Source: an uncultured Candidatus Saccharibacteria bacterium | GTDB taxonomy: Bacteria > Patescibacteriota > Minisyncoccia > UBA6257 > WO2-44-18 | DNA length: 64,000 nt | NCBI GenBank assembly: GCA_964637575.1 | Contig: CAZWVU010000003.1 | Location: forward strand, 65,586-129,585 | Direction of reading: 5' to 3' | Shown: piece by piece, positions 9,259 to 21,506 of the stretch | Layout: each line of letters begins with the position of its first letter | Numbering within the stretch: the first letter of the stretch is position 1 | Made by a program: the position numbers and the translations under genes | Notes under the pieces: generated by a model | Told to the model about the DNA's origin: nothing | What the model saw: only the letters and a program-made list of their open reading frames with translations | The model's database searches: none

Positions 9259-10533
9259 ATGCCGAAAGAATTTATCAAGAAAACTCTGAAGAATGGATTG
9301 CGGGTCATGATGATTCCGCGGCCGGACAGTCTCGCGACGACGGTGCTGGTGCTCGTGGAAGCCGGTTCCAAATACGAAACCAAGGACATCAACGGCATTT
9401 CCCATTTTCTGGAGCACATGTGTTTCAAGGGAACCACCAAGCGGAAGCGGGCGATCGACATTGCCGGGGAACTCGACAGCATCGGTTCGGAATACAACGC
9501 CTTCACCTCGCAGGAGTGGACGGGCTATTACGCGAAGGCGCAATCCAAGCACAATGACACGATCGTGGACGTGGTGACCGATCTCTATCTGAACCCGACG
9601 CTCGAGCCGGAGGAAATCGAAAAAGAGAAGGGCGTGGTGATTGAAGAGTTGAATATGTATGAAGACACGCCGCAGCGGAAAGTCCAGGATCTGTTTCTGG
9701 AATTACTGTATGGCGATCAGCCGGCCGGCTGGGATGTGGGCGGCACCAAGGAAGTCGTCCAAAGCCTGACCCGGGAGAAGATTATCAATTACCGCGCGAA
9801 GCATTACGTGGCGAAAGCGACGGTGGTGGTCATTTCCGGTAATTTTGACCAGAAGGAAATGCTACAGCGGCTTGAAGGCCATTTCCGCAATATCAGCACG
9901 GACAAGAAATTCGGAAAATTGAAAACGGTGGAATCGCAGGCCAAACCGAATATTCTTCTCCGGTACAAGGAATCTGACCAGACCCACATCGTACTGGGAA
10001 CGCGGGCGTTCGACGTCTTCGACAAGCGGAAATACGCTTTGGAAATTCTTGCTGATGTTCTGGGCGGGGGGATGAGCTCCCGGCTTTTCCAGCGGGTGCG
10101 GGAGCGGCTCGGCGCCGCCTATTATGTCCGCGCCGGCGCCGATCTTTTTACCGATCACGGCGTATTCTCGGTGTCTGCCGGCGTTGACCATAGAAAACTC
10201 GAGCAGGTGCTCAAGGCAATCCTTGAAGAGTTGCAGCATGTCGCCGAAGGCGAGCTTACTGAAAAGGAGCTGACCAGCGCCAAAGATCATCTGAGCGGCC
10301 GGATGCTACTCGGTCTCGAGACGTCCGACGCGCTGGCGATGTTTTACGGCGGACAGGAAATTCTGGAACGGACGATGCATGAGCCCAAAGATGTCGCCAA
10401 AGCGATCGCGAAGGTCAAAAAGAGCGAAGTGATCGCCGTGGCCAGGGACATTTTCAGGAATAATAAGCTCAATCTGGCGCTCATCGGACCGTTTAAGGAC
10501 AAGTCGGTGTTTGAGAAGATTTTACATTTTTAA
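9259..10533 (+). CDS. Peptidase M16 (pitrilysin/insulinase-like zinc protease)
   Basis: Inverted zinc-binding motif HxxEH (HFLEHMCFKG) near the N-terminus. Typical length. Confidence 0.8.
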   Translation: MPKEFIKKTLKNGLRVMMIPRPDSLATTVLVLVEAGSKYETKDINGISHFLEHMCFKGTTKRKRAIDIAGELDSIGSEYNAFTSQEWTGYYAKAQSKHNDTIVDVVTDLYLNPTLEPEEIEKEKGVVIEELNMYEDTPQRKVQDLFLELLYGDQPAGWDVGGTKEVVQSLTREKIINYRAKHYVAKATVVVISGNFDQKEMLQRLEGHFRNISTDKKFGKLKTVESQAKPNILLRYKESDQTHIVLGTRAFDVFDKRKYALEILADVLGGGMSSRLFQRVRERLGAAYYVRAGADLFTDHGVFSVSAGVDHRKLEQVLKAILEELQHVAEGELTEKELTSAKDHLSGRMLLGLETSDALAMFYGGQEILERTMHEPKDVAKAIAKVKKSEVIAVARDIFRNNKLNLALIGPFKDKSVFEKILHF

Positions 10534-10562
10534 TAAAATATAGTTATATATAGGATATAGGA

Positions 10563-11582
10563 ATGGAATCGAAGGGGCTGACAATAAGCTGGGCAAGCCT
10601 GTGGCGGGTGTTGTTGATGCTCGTGCTGGCTTCAATTTTATTTATCGCGCGGGATATCCTGATCTCGCTGTTTTTGGCACTGGTCATTTCTTCGGCGCTT
10701 GATCCGATCGTCAGCTGGCTTGAGAAAAAGAAGATTCCCCGTCTGTTGAGTACGTTGGTGCTGTATATTGCGATGATCTTCTTTTTGGCGCTGGTCGCCT
10801 ACGCAGTCATTCCGATCGCGCTTTCCGAATTCAACAACTTTTTGACGAACATCGGAAAATATTCCGGCACGCTGTTCAACGTAATTAACGCTTCCGGGTT
10901 GATCGAATCGATCAACCAGACGCTCGCGAAGTTCACCAATCTGCTGTTGAGCGGGAGTACGTCGCTTCTGGATGTGGGGGTGAAGTTCCTCGGCGGTCTT
11001 TCGACGGTCATTTCGGTATTCATGCTTTCGTTTTACCTGACGGTCGGCAAGGACGGCGTGGAGCGCTTCTTCGTCACCATTCTTCCTGCGGTGTATGAAT
11101 CAAAAGCGCTCGGCCTCTATGGCCGGATCAAAAAGAAACTCGGCAGCTGGCTCGCCGGGCAGCTGGTCTTGAGCGGCATTTTCAGTCTGCTGGTATTCAT
11201 CGGACTCTCCATTCTTGGAGTGAAGTACAGTCTGTTGCTCGGCCTGCTTGCGGGCATCATGGAGCTCGTGCCGTTCGTCGGCCCGATCTTCAGCGGCAGC
11301 ATAGCGGTGCTGGTCGCGTTTACCACCTCGGTCCAGCTTGCGTTTTACGTGCTGATCCTGTTCGTTATCCTCCAGCAGCTTGAAGGAAACGTGCTGGTGG
11401 CGGCGGTCAGCAAATTCTCCACCGACATGGATCCGGTGGTGGTGATCGTCTCGATCCTGATCGGGGCCAAGGTATTCGGCATTGTGGGTTTGATTCTGGC
11501 GGTGCCGGCGGCGGTGCTTCTTCAGGAGGTGGTGTCCGACTGGTCGCAGATCAAAGCGCGCCGGCGTGGACTTGGTCTCTAA
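10563..11582 (+). CDS. AI-2E family transporter (PerM/UPF0118)
   Basis: Eight-TM architecture with an IMELVPFVGPIFSG motif typical of the family. Confidence 0.7.
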   Translation: MESKGLTISWASLWRVLLMLVLASILFIARDILISLFLALVISSALDPIVSWLEKKKIPRLLSTLVLYIAMIFFLALVAYAVIPIALSEFNNFLTNIGKYSGTLFNVINASGLIESINQTLAKFTNLLLSGSTSLLDVGVKFLGGLSTVISVFMLSFYLTVGKDGVERFFVTILPAVYESKALGLYGRIKKKLGSWLAGQLVLSGIFSLLVFIGLSILGVKYSLLLGLLAGIMELVPFVGPIFSGSIAVLVAFTTSVQLAFYVLILFVILQQLEGNVLVAAVSKFSTDMDPVVVIVSILIGAKVFGIVGLILAVPAAVLLQEVVSDWSQIKARRRGLGL

Positions 11583-11609
11583 AACCGCTATAATGAATAG
11601 CGGTTTTTA
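11583..11609 (+). terminator. Rho-independent terminator
   Basis: aaccgcta / tagcggtt stem followed by ttttt. Confidence 0.5.
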
Positions 11610-11614
11610 ATTTT

Positions 11615-13078
11615 ATGAAAAAAACGTTTTATGTCACCACTTCCATACCGTACGTGAATTCGGCGCCCCATCTCGGGAATGTCCTGGATTCCGTATATGC
11701 CGACGTGCTGGCTCGCGACAGGCGGCAGCGTGGTTTTGACGTCCGGTTTCTGACGGGAAGCGATGAGCACGGCTCAAAAATCGCGCGAAGCGCGGCTGCC
11801 GCGGGTATCACGCCGCAGGAATTTGTCGACAAAAATTCGGAAAAATTCCGGGAGCTGAAGAAGATTTTGAATTTGTCATGGGATGATTTCATCCGCACCA
11901 GCGACCGGACGCGCCATTGGCCCGGCGCCCAGAAATTGTGGGACACGCTCGCGGCGGCGAGGGATTTGTATAAAAAAACCTACCGCGGACTGTACTGCGT
12001 CGGGCATGAGGCGTTTGTTACGGAAAAGGACCTGGAAAACGGCATCTGCAAAGATCACCAGAAGGCCCCAGAAGTTATCGAAGAGGAAAACTGGTTTTTC
12101 AAACTCTCGAAATATTCAAAGGAAATAGAGAAAAGAATTAACGATCAGGAATTAAAAATCATTCCGGAAAGCCGCGCGCATGAGATTCTGGCACTGCTCA
12201 AAGAAAGGTTGGAAGACATCAGTTTTTCCCGTCCCGCGAAGGATTTGAGCTGGGGCGTCCCGGTCCCCGGCGATCCGGGGCAGACAATGTATGTTTGGGC
12301 GGAGGCGCTGGTCAACTATATTTCGGCGCTGGGGTATGGAAGCGCCGACGAATCATTGTTCAGGAAATACTGGCGCGGCGCGGACGAGATCGTGCAGGTG
12401 ATCGGAAAAGACAACCTCCGGTTTCATGCGGCGATCTGGCCCGGCATGCTGCTCGCGGCCGGCCTGCCGCTTCCCAAAACAGTGTTTGTCCATGGATTTT
12501 TAACGGTAGACGGGAAAAAAATTTCCAAAACCGTCGGTAACGTGATCGATCCGGTGGCGCTGGTAAACAAATACGGGACCGATGCCGTCCGTTATTATCT
12601 GCTGAAAGAAATTTCCCCGTTTGAGGATGGTGATTTCAGCTATGAAAAGTTTGAAGCGCTCTACAATGGAGACCTTGCCAACGGACTCGGCAATTTCGCG
12701 GCGCGCGTGCTCACACTCGGAGAAAAGTTGGGCAACGTGAGCGTGGATTCCAAAAAGGAAACCAGGAAAGAGGTAGCCGCGAAAATAGAATCGGTGAAAA
12801 AAGAATCTGAAGAAAAGCTGGCCGCATGTAAGTTCAACGAAGCGCTGGCGGCGGTCTGGCAACTGATTCATTTTGGAGACGCCTATGTGAACGCGGAGAA
12901 GCCCTGGGAGGGTAACAAGAAGGACGTGATTTTGAACGCGATCGTGCTTTTGGACAATGTCGCGGCCCTGCTCACACCATTCCTGCCGGCGGCCTCCGAA
13001 AAGATCACCGGCGCGATCCGCTGGTCCGGCACTACTTTGGAAATAAAAAGACCCGGGGTGTTATTCCCGCGGGTCTAA
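11615..13078 (+). CDS. metG: Methionyl-tRNA synthetase (short, lacking the C-terminal extension)
   Basis: HIGH-type motif (PYVNSAPHLGNVLD), KMSKS-type motif (KISKTVGN), and a 'connective peptide' region. Confidence 0.9.
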   Translation: MKKTFYVTTSIPYVNSAPHLGNVLDSVYADVLARDRRQRGFDVRFLTGSDEHGSKIARSAAAAGITPQEFVDKNSEKFRELKKILNLSWDDFIRTSDRTRHWPGAQKLWDTLAAARDLYKKTYRGLYCVGHEAFVTEKDLENGICKDHQKAPEVIEEENWFFKLSKYSKEIEKRINDQELKIIPESRAHEILALLKERLEDISFSRPAKDLSWGVPVPGDPGQTMYVWAEALVNYISALGYGSADESLFRKYWRGADEIVQVIGKDNLRFHAAIWPGMLLAAGLPLPKTVFVHGFLTVDGKKISKTVGNVIDPVALVNKYGTDAVRYYLLKEISPFEDGDFSYEKFEALYNGDLANGLGNFAARVLTLGEKLGNVSVDSKKETRKEVAAKIESVKKESEEKLAACKFNEALAAVWQLIHFGDAYVNAEKPWEGNKKDVILNAIVLLDNVAALLTPFLPAASEKITGAIRWSGTTLEIKRPGVLFPRV

Positions 13079-13314
13079 GATTTTGGGGTGGCTAAAGAAC
13101 AGGGCCGTCCTCTTCCAGGATTAGAAATGGGAACGGAGGGGAGGGGGAGCAGCACCACATTCGTTGAACCAGCCGATGACCGGTCAGATCATCTATCCGC
13201 CGCGCGCATCCGATTCCTTCGCGCATCGCTGCGCTCAGAACGTGGAGCGCGCACGGAACCTAATTCGCCACCCCAAGTTTTACTATTCAAAAGAGCGAGT
13301 GTAATATAGCACAT

Positions 13315-14145
13315 ATGCTTTTTGATGTACACACCCACGTCCATTTCCCGATTTACGATAAGGACCGGTCCGACGTTATGAAGCGGGCGCGGGAAGCAGG
13401 AGTAAAAATGATCCTGGTCGGCACACAGGCTTCCACTTCGGCATCAGCCATCGCGCTGGCCGAGAAAAACCCCAAAGACGCCTGGGCAACGGCCGGTTTC
13501 CATCCGAATCACCTCGCGGAAGAGTGGTATCACGACAAAAAAGAACAATCCGCCGGCGAGCCTGAGCAATTTGATATTGACCGACTTCGGGAACTGGCCG
13601 AGCACCCGAAGGTGGTTGCGATCGGCGAATGCGGGCTGGATTATTACCGGCTGGAAAATAACCGCGAGGCGCAGATCAAAAAACAAAAAGCCGCCCTTGA
13701 AGCCCAGATTGAACTCGCGGCGTCGCTGGGCAAGCCGCTGATGATGCACAATCGCCCGTCCAAAGGAAACGATGATGCTTACGAGGACGCGCTGGCGATC
13801 CTGAAGTCCTCTAAGACAGGCGTGGATAAGATCTGCCATTTTTACGTCGGCTCGCTTGCGATCACCCGCCAGTTGGCGGAGGCGGGATTTTATTTTACCT
13901 TTGGCGGGGTTATTACCTTTTCCCGCGACTATGATGAGGTTATAAAATACATTCCGCTGGACCGGATTCTCCTGGAAACCGACGCGCCGTATGTCGCGCC
14001 CGAGCCGTACCGCGGCCGCCGCAACGAGCCCGCATATATTATTGAAACTGCGAAAGTGCTTGCCCAGATCAAAGAAACAGATTTCGAAAAAGTTTCCGAG
14101 CAGACGACTGCCAACGTCTTGAAAGTTTTCCGGATTAAGGTATGA
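13315..14145 (+). CDS. tatD: TatD-family metal-dependent hydrolase/DNase
   Basis: N-terminal FDVHTHV metal-binding motif and a conserved ETDAPY motif near the C-terminus. Confidence 0.8.
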   Translation: MLFDVHTHVHFPIYDKDRSDVMKRAREAGVKMILVGTQASTSASAIALAEKNPKDAWATAGFHPNHLAEEWYHDKKEQSAGEPEQFDIDRLRELAEHPKVVAIGECGLDYYRLENNREAQIKKQKAALEAQIELAASLGKPLMMHNRPSKGNDDAYEDALAILKSSKTGVDKICHFYVGSLAITRQLAEAGFYFTFGGVITFSRDYDEVIKYIPLDRILLETDAPYVAPEPYRGRRNEPAYIIETAKVLAQIKETDFEKVSEQTTANVLKVFRIKV

Positions 14146-14171
14146 TCTTGGCAGTTCTATAAGGAGGCTTC

Positions 14172-14516
14172 ATGATCAACGGGGAAAGACTCGTTGCCGC
14201 GATTGCGGAACTCGTCCAACTGACGAATGCACGCGCGGTGCATTGGACCGGCGGAGATATGACCGTCTGGAAGTGTCAACATCGAGATATGGAAATTCTT
14301 GTTTGGTGGTACCAGGACGACAAGCCTTCGATTCACATCGGCGGCGGTCATATCCAAGGCTATGAATTCGGGATCCAGGAATTGCTTAATACTATCCGTG
14401 CCCAGCAATCGGCGATCGAGGACGCACCGGCTTTCGAAGCGCGGCGCGCTGTCGAGCAGGAAACCAATGCCGCCAAACTGAACAGGGCGGTCGAGCAGCT
14501 TCTCAAGAAGGCTTGA
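14172..14516 (+). CDS. Hypothetical protein (114 aa)
   Basis: Strong AAGGAGG Shine-Dalgarno 7 nt upstream. No recognisable domain. Preferred over the overlapping 205-aa antisense ORF. Confidence 0.45.
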   Translation: MINGERLVAAIAELVQLTNARAVHWTGGDMTVWKCQHRDMEILVWWYQDDKPSIHIGGGHIQGYEFGIQELLNTIRAQQSAIEDAPAFEARRAVEQETNAAKLNRAVEQLLKKA

Positions 14517-14531
14517 AGGAGGAATAAGTTC

Positions 14532-14948
14532 ATGACCGGTAAGAAGTACAGCATCGTATCCTGCGATCTTATGTTCGATAATGCCGAGGTGGAGAGAGCG
14601 TTGCTTGATCATCCCGATATTGCAGAGGCGGCGCTGCGTACCATGCCGGATAGCCGATACAAGGAACGCGGCCAAGTCCTGGTCCTCTACCTTCGTTTGA
14701 AGGGCGAGCTCGCAGACAAGCAATGGTATATTCTCGCCGAGCTGGATGCGTTCCGCAACCACATAAAGGACCATCTGAAGTCACGCTTGGGGATTCCGGC
14801 CAATACGCTCGTGCTCGTGCCCCTCCCCATCATTGTCCAGATCGTGAAGCTGCACGAGGGAAACCTTTCGGAGGCGGCCGACAGGAAGATCAAGGAACTG
14901 GAAAAGAGGTTCGCCGAAGACAAGACCTTGCGCTATCACCAGGTGTAG
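14532..14948 (+). CDS. Hypothetical protein (138 aa)
   Basis: AGGAGG Shine-Dalgarno upstream. Followed by a perfect terminator. Confidence 0.45.
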   Translation: MTGKKYSIVSCDLMFDNAEVERALLDHPDIAEAALRTMPDSRYKERGQVLVLYLRLKGELADKQWYILAELDAFRNHIKDHLKSRLGIPANTLVLVPLPIIVQIVKLHEGNLSEAADRKIKELEKRFAEDKTLRYHQV

Positions 14949-14972
14949 CCGACTTACAAAGTCGGCTTTTTT
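14947..14972 (+). terminator. Rho-independent terminator
   Basis: agccgact / agtcggct stem with loop tacaaa, followed by tttttt. Confidence 0.7.
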
Positions 14973-15004
14973 AATTCACAGAAATCCCTTAAAATAGAGG
15001 AAAC

Positions 15005-17344
<2,340 letters not shown>

Positions 17345-17380
17345 GGCATAGTAAAGCCAGAAATTTGAAGGGGTTGCTGG

Positions 17381-17614
17381 ATGGCCAGGAAGACGACGGA
17401 ACTGAAGACCTGTCCGATCTGCGAAGGCGTGTCAGTGAACGCTCCGAAGTCCGTCCGCACAGAATGGCGGGAACGGTTCTTCGATGCCGAACAGAAGGGC
17501 GAAAAGATTTTTAAGCAGGTTCGTAAAGCGATCCTTAAGGAAATGGACGCATTCCGGCCCTGCGCGTTTTGCAATGAAGGCCGGGTTCCAGTGACCGGTC
17601 GGGACCGGAGGTAA
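17381..17614 (+). CDS. Small zinc-ribbon protein (CxxC...CxxC), paralogue A
   Basis: CPICEGVSV and CAFCNEGRV motifs. Paralogous to the next gene. Confidence 0.45.
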   Translation: MARKTTELKTCPICEGVSVNAPKSVRTEWRERFFDAEQKGEKIFKQVRKAILKEMDAFRPCAFCNEGRVPVTGRDRR

Positions 17615-17616
17615 AT

Positions 17617-17877
17617 ATGGAAATCTGGCTGGTGCGAATCTGCAAATTCTGCCAGGGAGTCGGCGTACAGGCAGTGCGCCCCGAATATGAAAAATGGCGG
17701 AACGCAATGCTCACCTTTATCAAAAAAACCTGCGCCAGGGAAAAGCTGGATGACCGTACGCTTGCCGCAATGGTAGTCCGCTTCTCCAACCAGTTCACGA
17801 AAAACAGAAAGAAGTGTTCCTGGTGCGAAGGGAAGGGAATTTTCAAACCCGAACTTTTTTCCGATGAAAAAATCTGA
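17617..17877 (+). CDS. Small zinc-ribbon protein (CxxC...CxxC), paralogue B
   Basis: GGAGG Shine-Dalgarno upstream. CKFCQGVGV and CSWCEGKGI motifs. Confidence 0.45.
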   Translation: MEIWLVRICKFCQGVGVQAVRPEYEKWRNAMLTFIKKTCAREKLDDRTLAAMVVRFSNQFTKNRKKCSWCEGKGIFKPELFSDEKI

Positions 17878-17928
17878 AATCATCCGCGATTGACGGATGA
17901 TTTTTGTTATATACTGAAAATATACCTT

Positions 17929-19722
17929 ATGTGTGGAATCGCCGGATATATAGGAAAGAAAGAAGCCCTGCCGATTGTCTTCGCGAATTTGCGGAAACTG
18001 GAATACCGGGGCTACGATTCGGCGGGCGTGGCTTTTTTTGTGAACCGGGGGAAAAACCTCGATGTCCGGGTCATTAAAAAAGCGGGGAAGATAGACGTGC
18101 TGGAGGGCGCCATCAAAGACGAAACTTCCTGGCCGGCTACCGCGGCGATCGCGCATTCCCGGTGGGCGACCCACGGGGTTCCCAATGAACCGAACGCGCA
18201 TCCTCATTTTGACTGCAAAAAAGAAATTTTCCTTGTCCACAACGGCATTATCGAAAATTACCGGGAACTGAAGGAGGGGCTTGCGCAAAAGGGACACCGC
18301 TTCCGTTCCCAGACCGATACCGAAGTCATTGCTCATTGCATAGAAGAGTACGGTTTTCAGGCGGCGCTGAAAAAGATAAAAGGCGCATACGCCCTGGCGG
18401 TAATTTTCAAAAAACAGCCGGGCACTCTTTATTGCGCCCGTCTCGGCAGTCCGCTGGTGGTGGGAGTCGGGGACGGCGAATATTATCTCGCTTCAGACCC
18501 GACTGCGCTTGCGGGAATCGTAAAAAAAGTAATCTATCTCAAGGACCATCAGCATGGAACCCTTTCGCTCGACGGCTTGGTGATCGGTCCGGATAAGCCG
18601 AAAATAGAAAAGCTGGAAATCAGCGCCGAGGAAGCCAAAAAAGGAAACTTCCCGCACTTTATGCTCAAGGAGATATTCGAGGGTCCGGAAGTGATCGCGG
18701 CCACGCTCCGCGGGCGTCTTGACCCAGCAAAGGGAGGGGTGCGGCTTGGCGGACTGGAAGAAGTGGCGTCCAGGCTTCGGAAGCTTACCCAAATGGAAAT
18801 TCTGGCCTGCGGCACTTCGTATTATGCCGGACTTGTCGGAGAGCTTCTTTTGGAAGAACTTTCCGATCTTCCTGTGGAAACCATCCTGGCTTCGGAATAC
18901 CGGTACCGGAAGAACCCTGTCCGTCCGGGAACCGGCGCGCTCTTCATATCCCAATCCGGCGAAACGGCCGACACGCTGGCGGCGCTCCGCAAAGCGGGCG
19001 CAAACAAATTCCTGACCCTTGGCATTGTGAACGTGGTCGGGTCGAGCATTGCCCGGGAAACCGATGCGGGTGTTTATAACCAGATCGGTCCGGAAATCGG
19101 CGTCGCCTCCACGAAGGCGTTTTTGTCCCAGCTGGGCGTCCTCACCCTCATCGCGCTCTATCTTAGTAAGAATCATGCCTTGCGGCGCGAGCTGGTTCGC
19201 GAACTGGCGGGGATACCGGCGAAAATCGGCGCGGTACTCAAACAGGGGCCGCGCATACAGAAACTTGCCGCGCGTTACGCGGAGCATAATAACTTTCTCT
19301 ATCTGGGACGGGGGTATAATTATCCCACGGCGCTGGAGGGAGCACTTAAAATAAAAGAAATTGCCTATGTGCACGCCGAAGGTTACGCGGGAGGGGAAAT
19401 GAAGCACGGGCCGATCGCGATGGTTGATGCCCGGTTTCCGACCATCGCCCTGGCGACGCGGAACAGCGTCTATGACAAAATGATCTCAAACCTTCAGGAA
19501 ATCAAAGCCCGTTCAGGGCCGGTGATCGCGATCGCCACCGAGGGTGATGACAGTATCAGAAAAATCGCGGACGACGTATTGTATGTCCCGAAAACCCACG
19601 AAATGCTGGAGCCGCTTATCAATATCGTGCCGCTTCAATTATTCGCCTATTACTTCGGGGTATCCAGGGGTTACGATGTAGATAAGCCGAGAAATCTTGC
19701 CAAGTCGGTCACAGTCGAGTAA
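17929..19722 (+). CDS. glmS: Glutamine--fructose-6-phosphate aminotransferase
   Basis: N-terminal MCGIAGY (Cys1 Ntn amidotransferase). Two SIS domains. Ends with the conserved ...KSVTVE. Confidence 0.9.
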   Translation: MCGIAGYIGKKEALPIVFANLRKLEYRGYDSAGVAFFVNRGKNLDVRVIKKAGKIDVLEGAIKDETSWPATAAIAHSRWATHGVPNEPNAHPHFDCKKEIFLVHNGIIENYRELKEGLAQKGHRFRSQTDTEVIAHCIEEYGFQAALKKIKGAYALAVIFKKQPGTLYCARLGSPLVVGVGDGEYYLASDPTALAGIVKKVIYLKDHQHGTLSLDGLVIGPDKPKIEKLEISAEEAKKGNFPHFMLKEIFEGPEVIAATLRGRLDPAKGGVRLGGLEEVASRLRKLTQMEILACGTSYYAGLVGELLLEELSDLPVETILASEYRYRKNPVRPGTGALFISQSGETADTLAALRKAGANKFLTLGIVNVVGSSIARETDAGVYNQIGPEIGVASTKAFLSQLGVLTLIALYLSKNHALRRELVRELAGIPAKIGAVLKQGPRIQKLAARYAEHNNFLYLGRGYNYPTALEGALKIKEIAYVHAEGYAGGEMKHGPIAMVDARFPTIALATRNSVYDKMISNLQEIKARSGPVIAIATEGDDSIRKIADDVLYVPKTHEMLEPLINIVPLQLFAYYFGVSRGYDVDKPRNLAKSVTVE

Positions 19723-19886
19723 TATAGTTCACGTTATGAAATATCTCGGTTTAATTTTAGGGCTGTGCTTCGTGGTCTACGCGGCGTTCGCGATGTACAC
19801 CTACACACCCGCGATGATCAAGGGGGCAAAGCTTGCCGCCGTGGACATTTTTAATCTTCTCCAATCCACCACCAACAAAACCGCCG

Positions 19887-20924
19887 TTACTTCCTCTCGG
19901 TAAGCTTTACCTTCGCGTTCATTGTCTTTTTTCCGCGCATCACCTTGAATTCCAGCACGTCACCCACATTTTTGTCCTCCAGGATATCCTGAATCGTATT
20001 TTTTTCCGTGATTTTTTGGCCGTTGCATTCAAGAATGATATCCCGTTCTTTTAATTTGGCTTTGTCGGCAGGACTTCCCGGAATGATTGCTTCCGCGTGG
20101 GGTTTTTGCCCGACGATCATCGCCCCGTAACTTACCGGAAGCTTGAGCCGCGCCTGCATGTCTTCGTTGATATTCATATACCGGAGGCCAAGCAGCGGCC
20201 GCTTGATCCGGCCGAACTCTTTCACGTCCGCGAGATCGCGTTTGGCGTAATTTACCGGGATGGCGAATCCGAGATTCTGCGCGCCGAAGACGATTGCCGC
20301 GTTGATGCCGATTGCTTCACCGTTGAGATTTACCAGCGGGCCGCCGGAATTTCCCGGATTGATCGCCGCGTCGGTCTGGATCAAGCCGCGCAGTTCCTGG
20401 GGAGCGACCATCGGCGCGGTGGCGGCGCGGATAGAGCGGGAAAGACCGGAGATGATGCCGAGGGACACGGTATTTTTGAAAATACCGAGTGCGTTGCCGA
20501 TGGCCAGGACGGTTTCGCCCAGCTCCAGTCCGGTGGATTCGCCGAGCTTCACCGTCGGCAAATCCTTGCCCTCAATTTTCAAAATTGCCACATCGTCAAC
20601 CGGGTCGCGGGCAAGCACCTTTGCCGTGTATTTATGATCGTCATGAGTCATCACCGTGTATTCGGCATTAGGATCGACGACCACATGTTTATTCGTAAGA
20701 ATGATGCCGGATGGGTCAACGATAAAGCCGGAGCCGCCGCCGATCTTGATCATGCCGTGGGCGTCAATTTCTTCTTCCGGAATATCAAGATGAGGATGTC
20801 CGAAAGGCAGGAAGGGGAGGATTTCCGGCGGAATCTCTTTTTCAAGGTTTTCCAGACTTTTGGAAATGACAATGGACACTACCGACGGCATAACTTTTTT
20901 AATTGTTTCTTTAATAGTCATCAT
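19887..20924 (-). CDS. HtrA/DegP-family trypsin-like serine protease with a PDZ domain
   Basis: Catalytic His (TNKHVV), Asp (DVAILK) and Ser (GNSGGPL), followed by a PDZ-like C-terminus. Start at MMTIKE (20924). The longer Arg-rich N-terminal extension in the ORF track is rejected. Confidence 0.8.
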   Translation of the reverse strand: MMTIKETIKKVMPSVVSIVISKSLENLEKEIPPEILPFLPFGHPHLDIPEEEIDAHGMIKIGGGSGFIVDPSGIILTNKHVVVDPNAEYTVMTHDDHKYTAKVLARDPVDDVAILKIEGKDLPTVKLGESTGLELGETVLAIGNALGIFKNTVSLGIISGLSRSIRAATAPMVAPQELRGLIQTDAAINPGNSGGPLVNLNGEAIGINAAIVFGAQNLGFAIPVNYAKRDLADVKEFGRIKRPLLGLRYMNINEDMQARLKLPVSYGAMIVGQKPHAEAIIPGSPADKAKLKERDIILECNGQKITEKNTIQDILEDKNVGDVLEFKVMRGKKTMNAKVKLTERK

Positions 20925-20985
20925 GTATTTATTATAGAGAATTTTCGGGAAAATGAAAAAGACGGACACGTGTCCGTCTTGATGG

Positions 20986-21411
20986 TTACTTCTTCTGATC
21001 CCGCGATTCTTTATCGAGAGGCAGGGGACCTCCCGGCAGATTGTGCAATCCGGGCGTCGGCGTTTTCGCCTTCGGGGTTTCTTTCGCGGTGCCGCGGTAC
21101 CAGATCGTGATAACCGTGTCCATTCCGCAGTTGCCCTGGGTCTGATTGACGACCTCGATCGTCTTTTCATTGAGCGCCAGCCAGTCAGCGATTTTCTGCT
21201 CGAGTTTGGGGGCCTGGTTGCCGTCGGTCGGCCCGCTGAAGATCTTCGGCTTCAGGGTGCCGCTCCCGTTTTCGGCCGCGAAGCCGACTTTGATTTCCGC
21301 CGGATGCGTATCGACCGCATCGAGCAGCTGGTGCGCGCCGAATGCCAGAAGCATGACAACGCCAAACACTATCGTCACGGCCGAGGCAGCGCGAAGCGTA
21401 GCAGTAATCAT
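20986..21411 (-). CDS. Membrane-anchored hypothetical protein (141 aa)
   Basis: GGAGG Shine-Dalgarno 5 nt upstream of the ATG at 21411. One N-terminal TM helix. Confidence 0.4.
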   Translation of the reverse strand: MITATLRAASAVTIVFGVVMLLAFGAHQLLDAVDTHPAEIKVGFAAENGSGTLKPKIFSGPTDGNQAPKLEQKIADWLALNEKTIEVVNQTQGNCGMDTVITIWYRGTAKETPKAKTPTPGLHNLPGGPLPLDKESRDQKK

Positions 21412-21506
21412 ACGACCTCCGAGAAGAACTACTCGTAGTTTACCAAACCAGGATTGCGCACACAACAAAGACAGCGTGAGTACATTTCGCGCGGGAACAT
21501 GAAGGG

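Noticed and set aside
13088-13309. 73-aa ORF between metG and tatD
   Set aside because: No ribosome-binding site. Low-complexity Arg/Ser-rich translation. The region is more likely an untranslated spacer containing a small hairpin.
19736-19903. Possible 55-aa membrane peptide between glmS and the HtrA-like gene
   Set aside because: Plausible hydrophobic helix, but it overlaps the HtrA 3' end and has no Shine-Dalgarno sequence. Evidence is insufficient to call it.
20925-21170. 82-aa Arg-rich N-terminal extension of the HtrA-like ORF (the track starts it at 21170)
   Set aside because: The extension overlaps the separate 20986-21411 gene. It is extremely Arg/Lys-rich and unlike a signal peptide. 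The internal start at 20924 (MMTIKE) gives a normal HtrA N-terminus.
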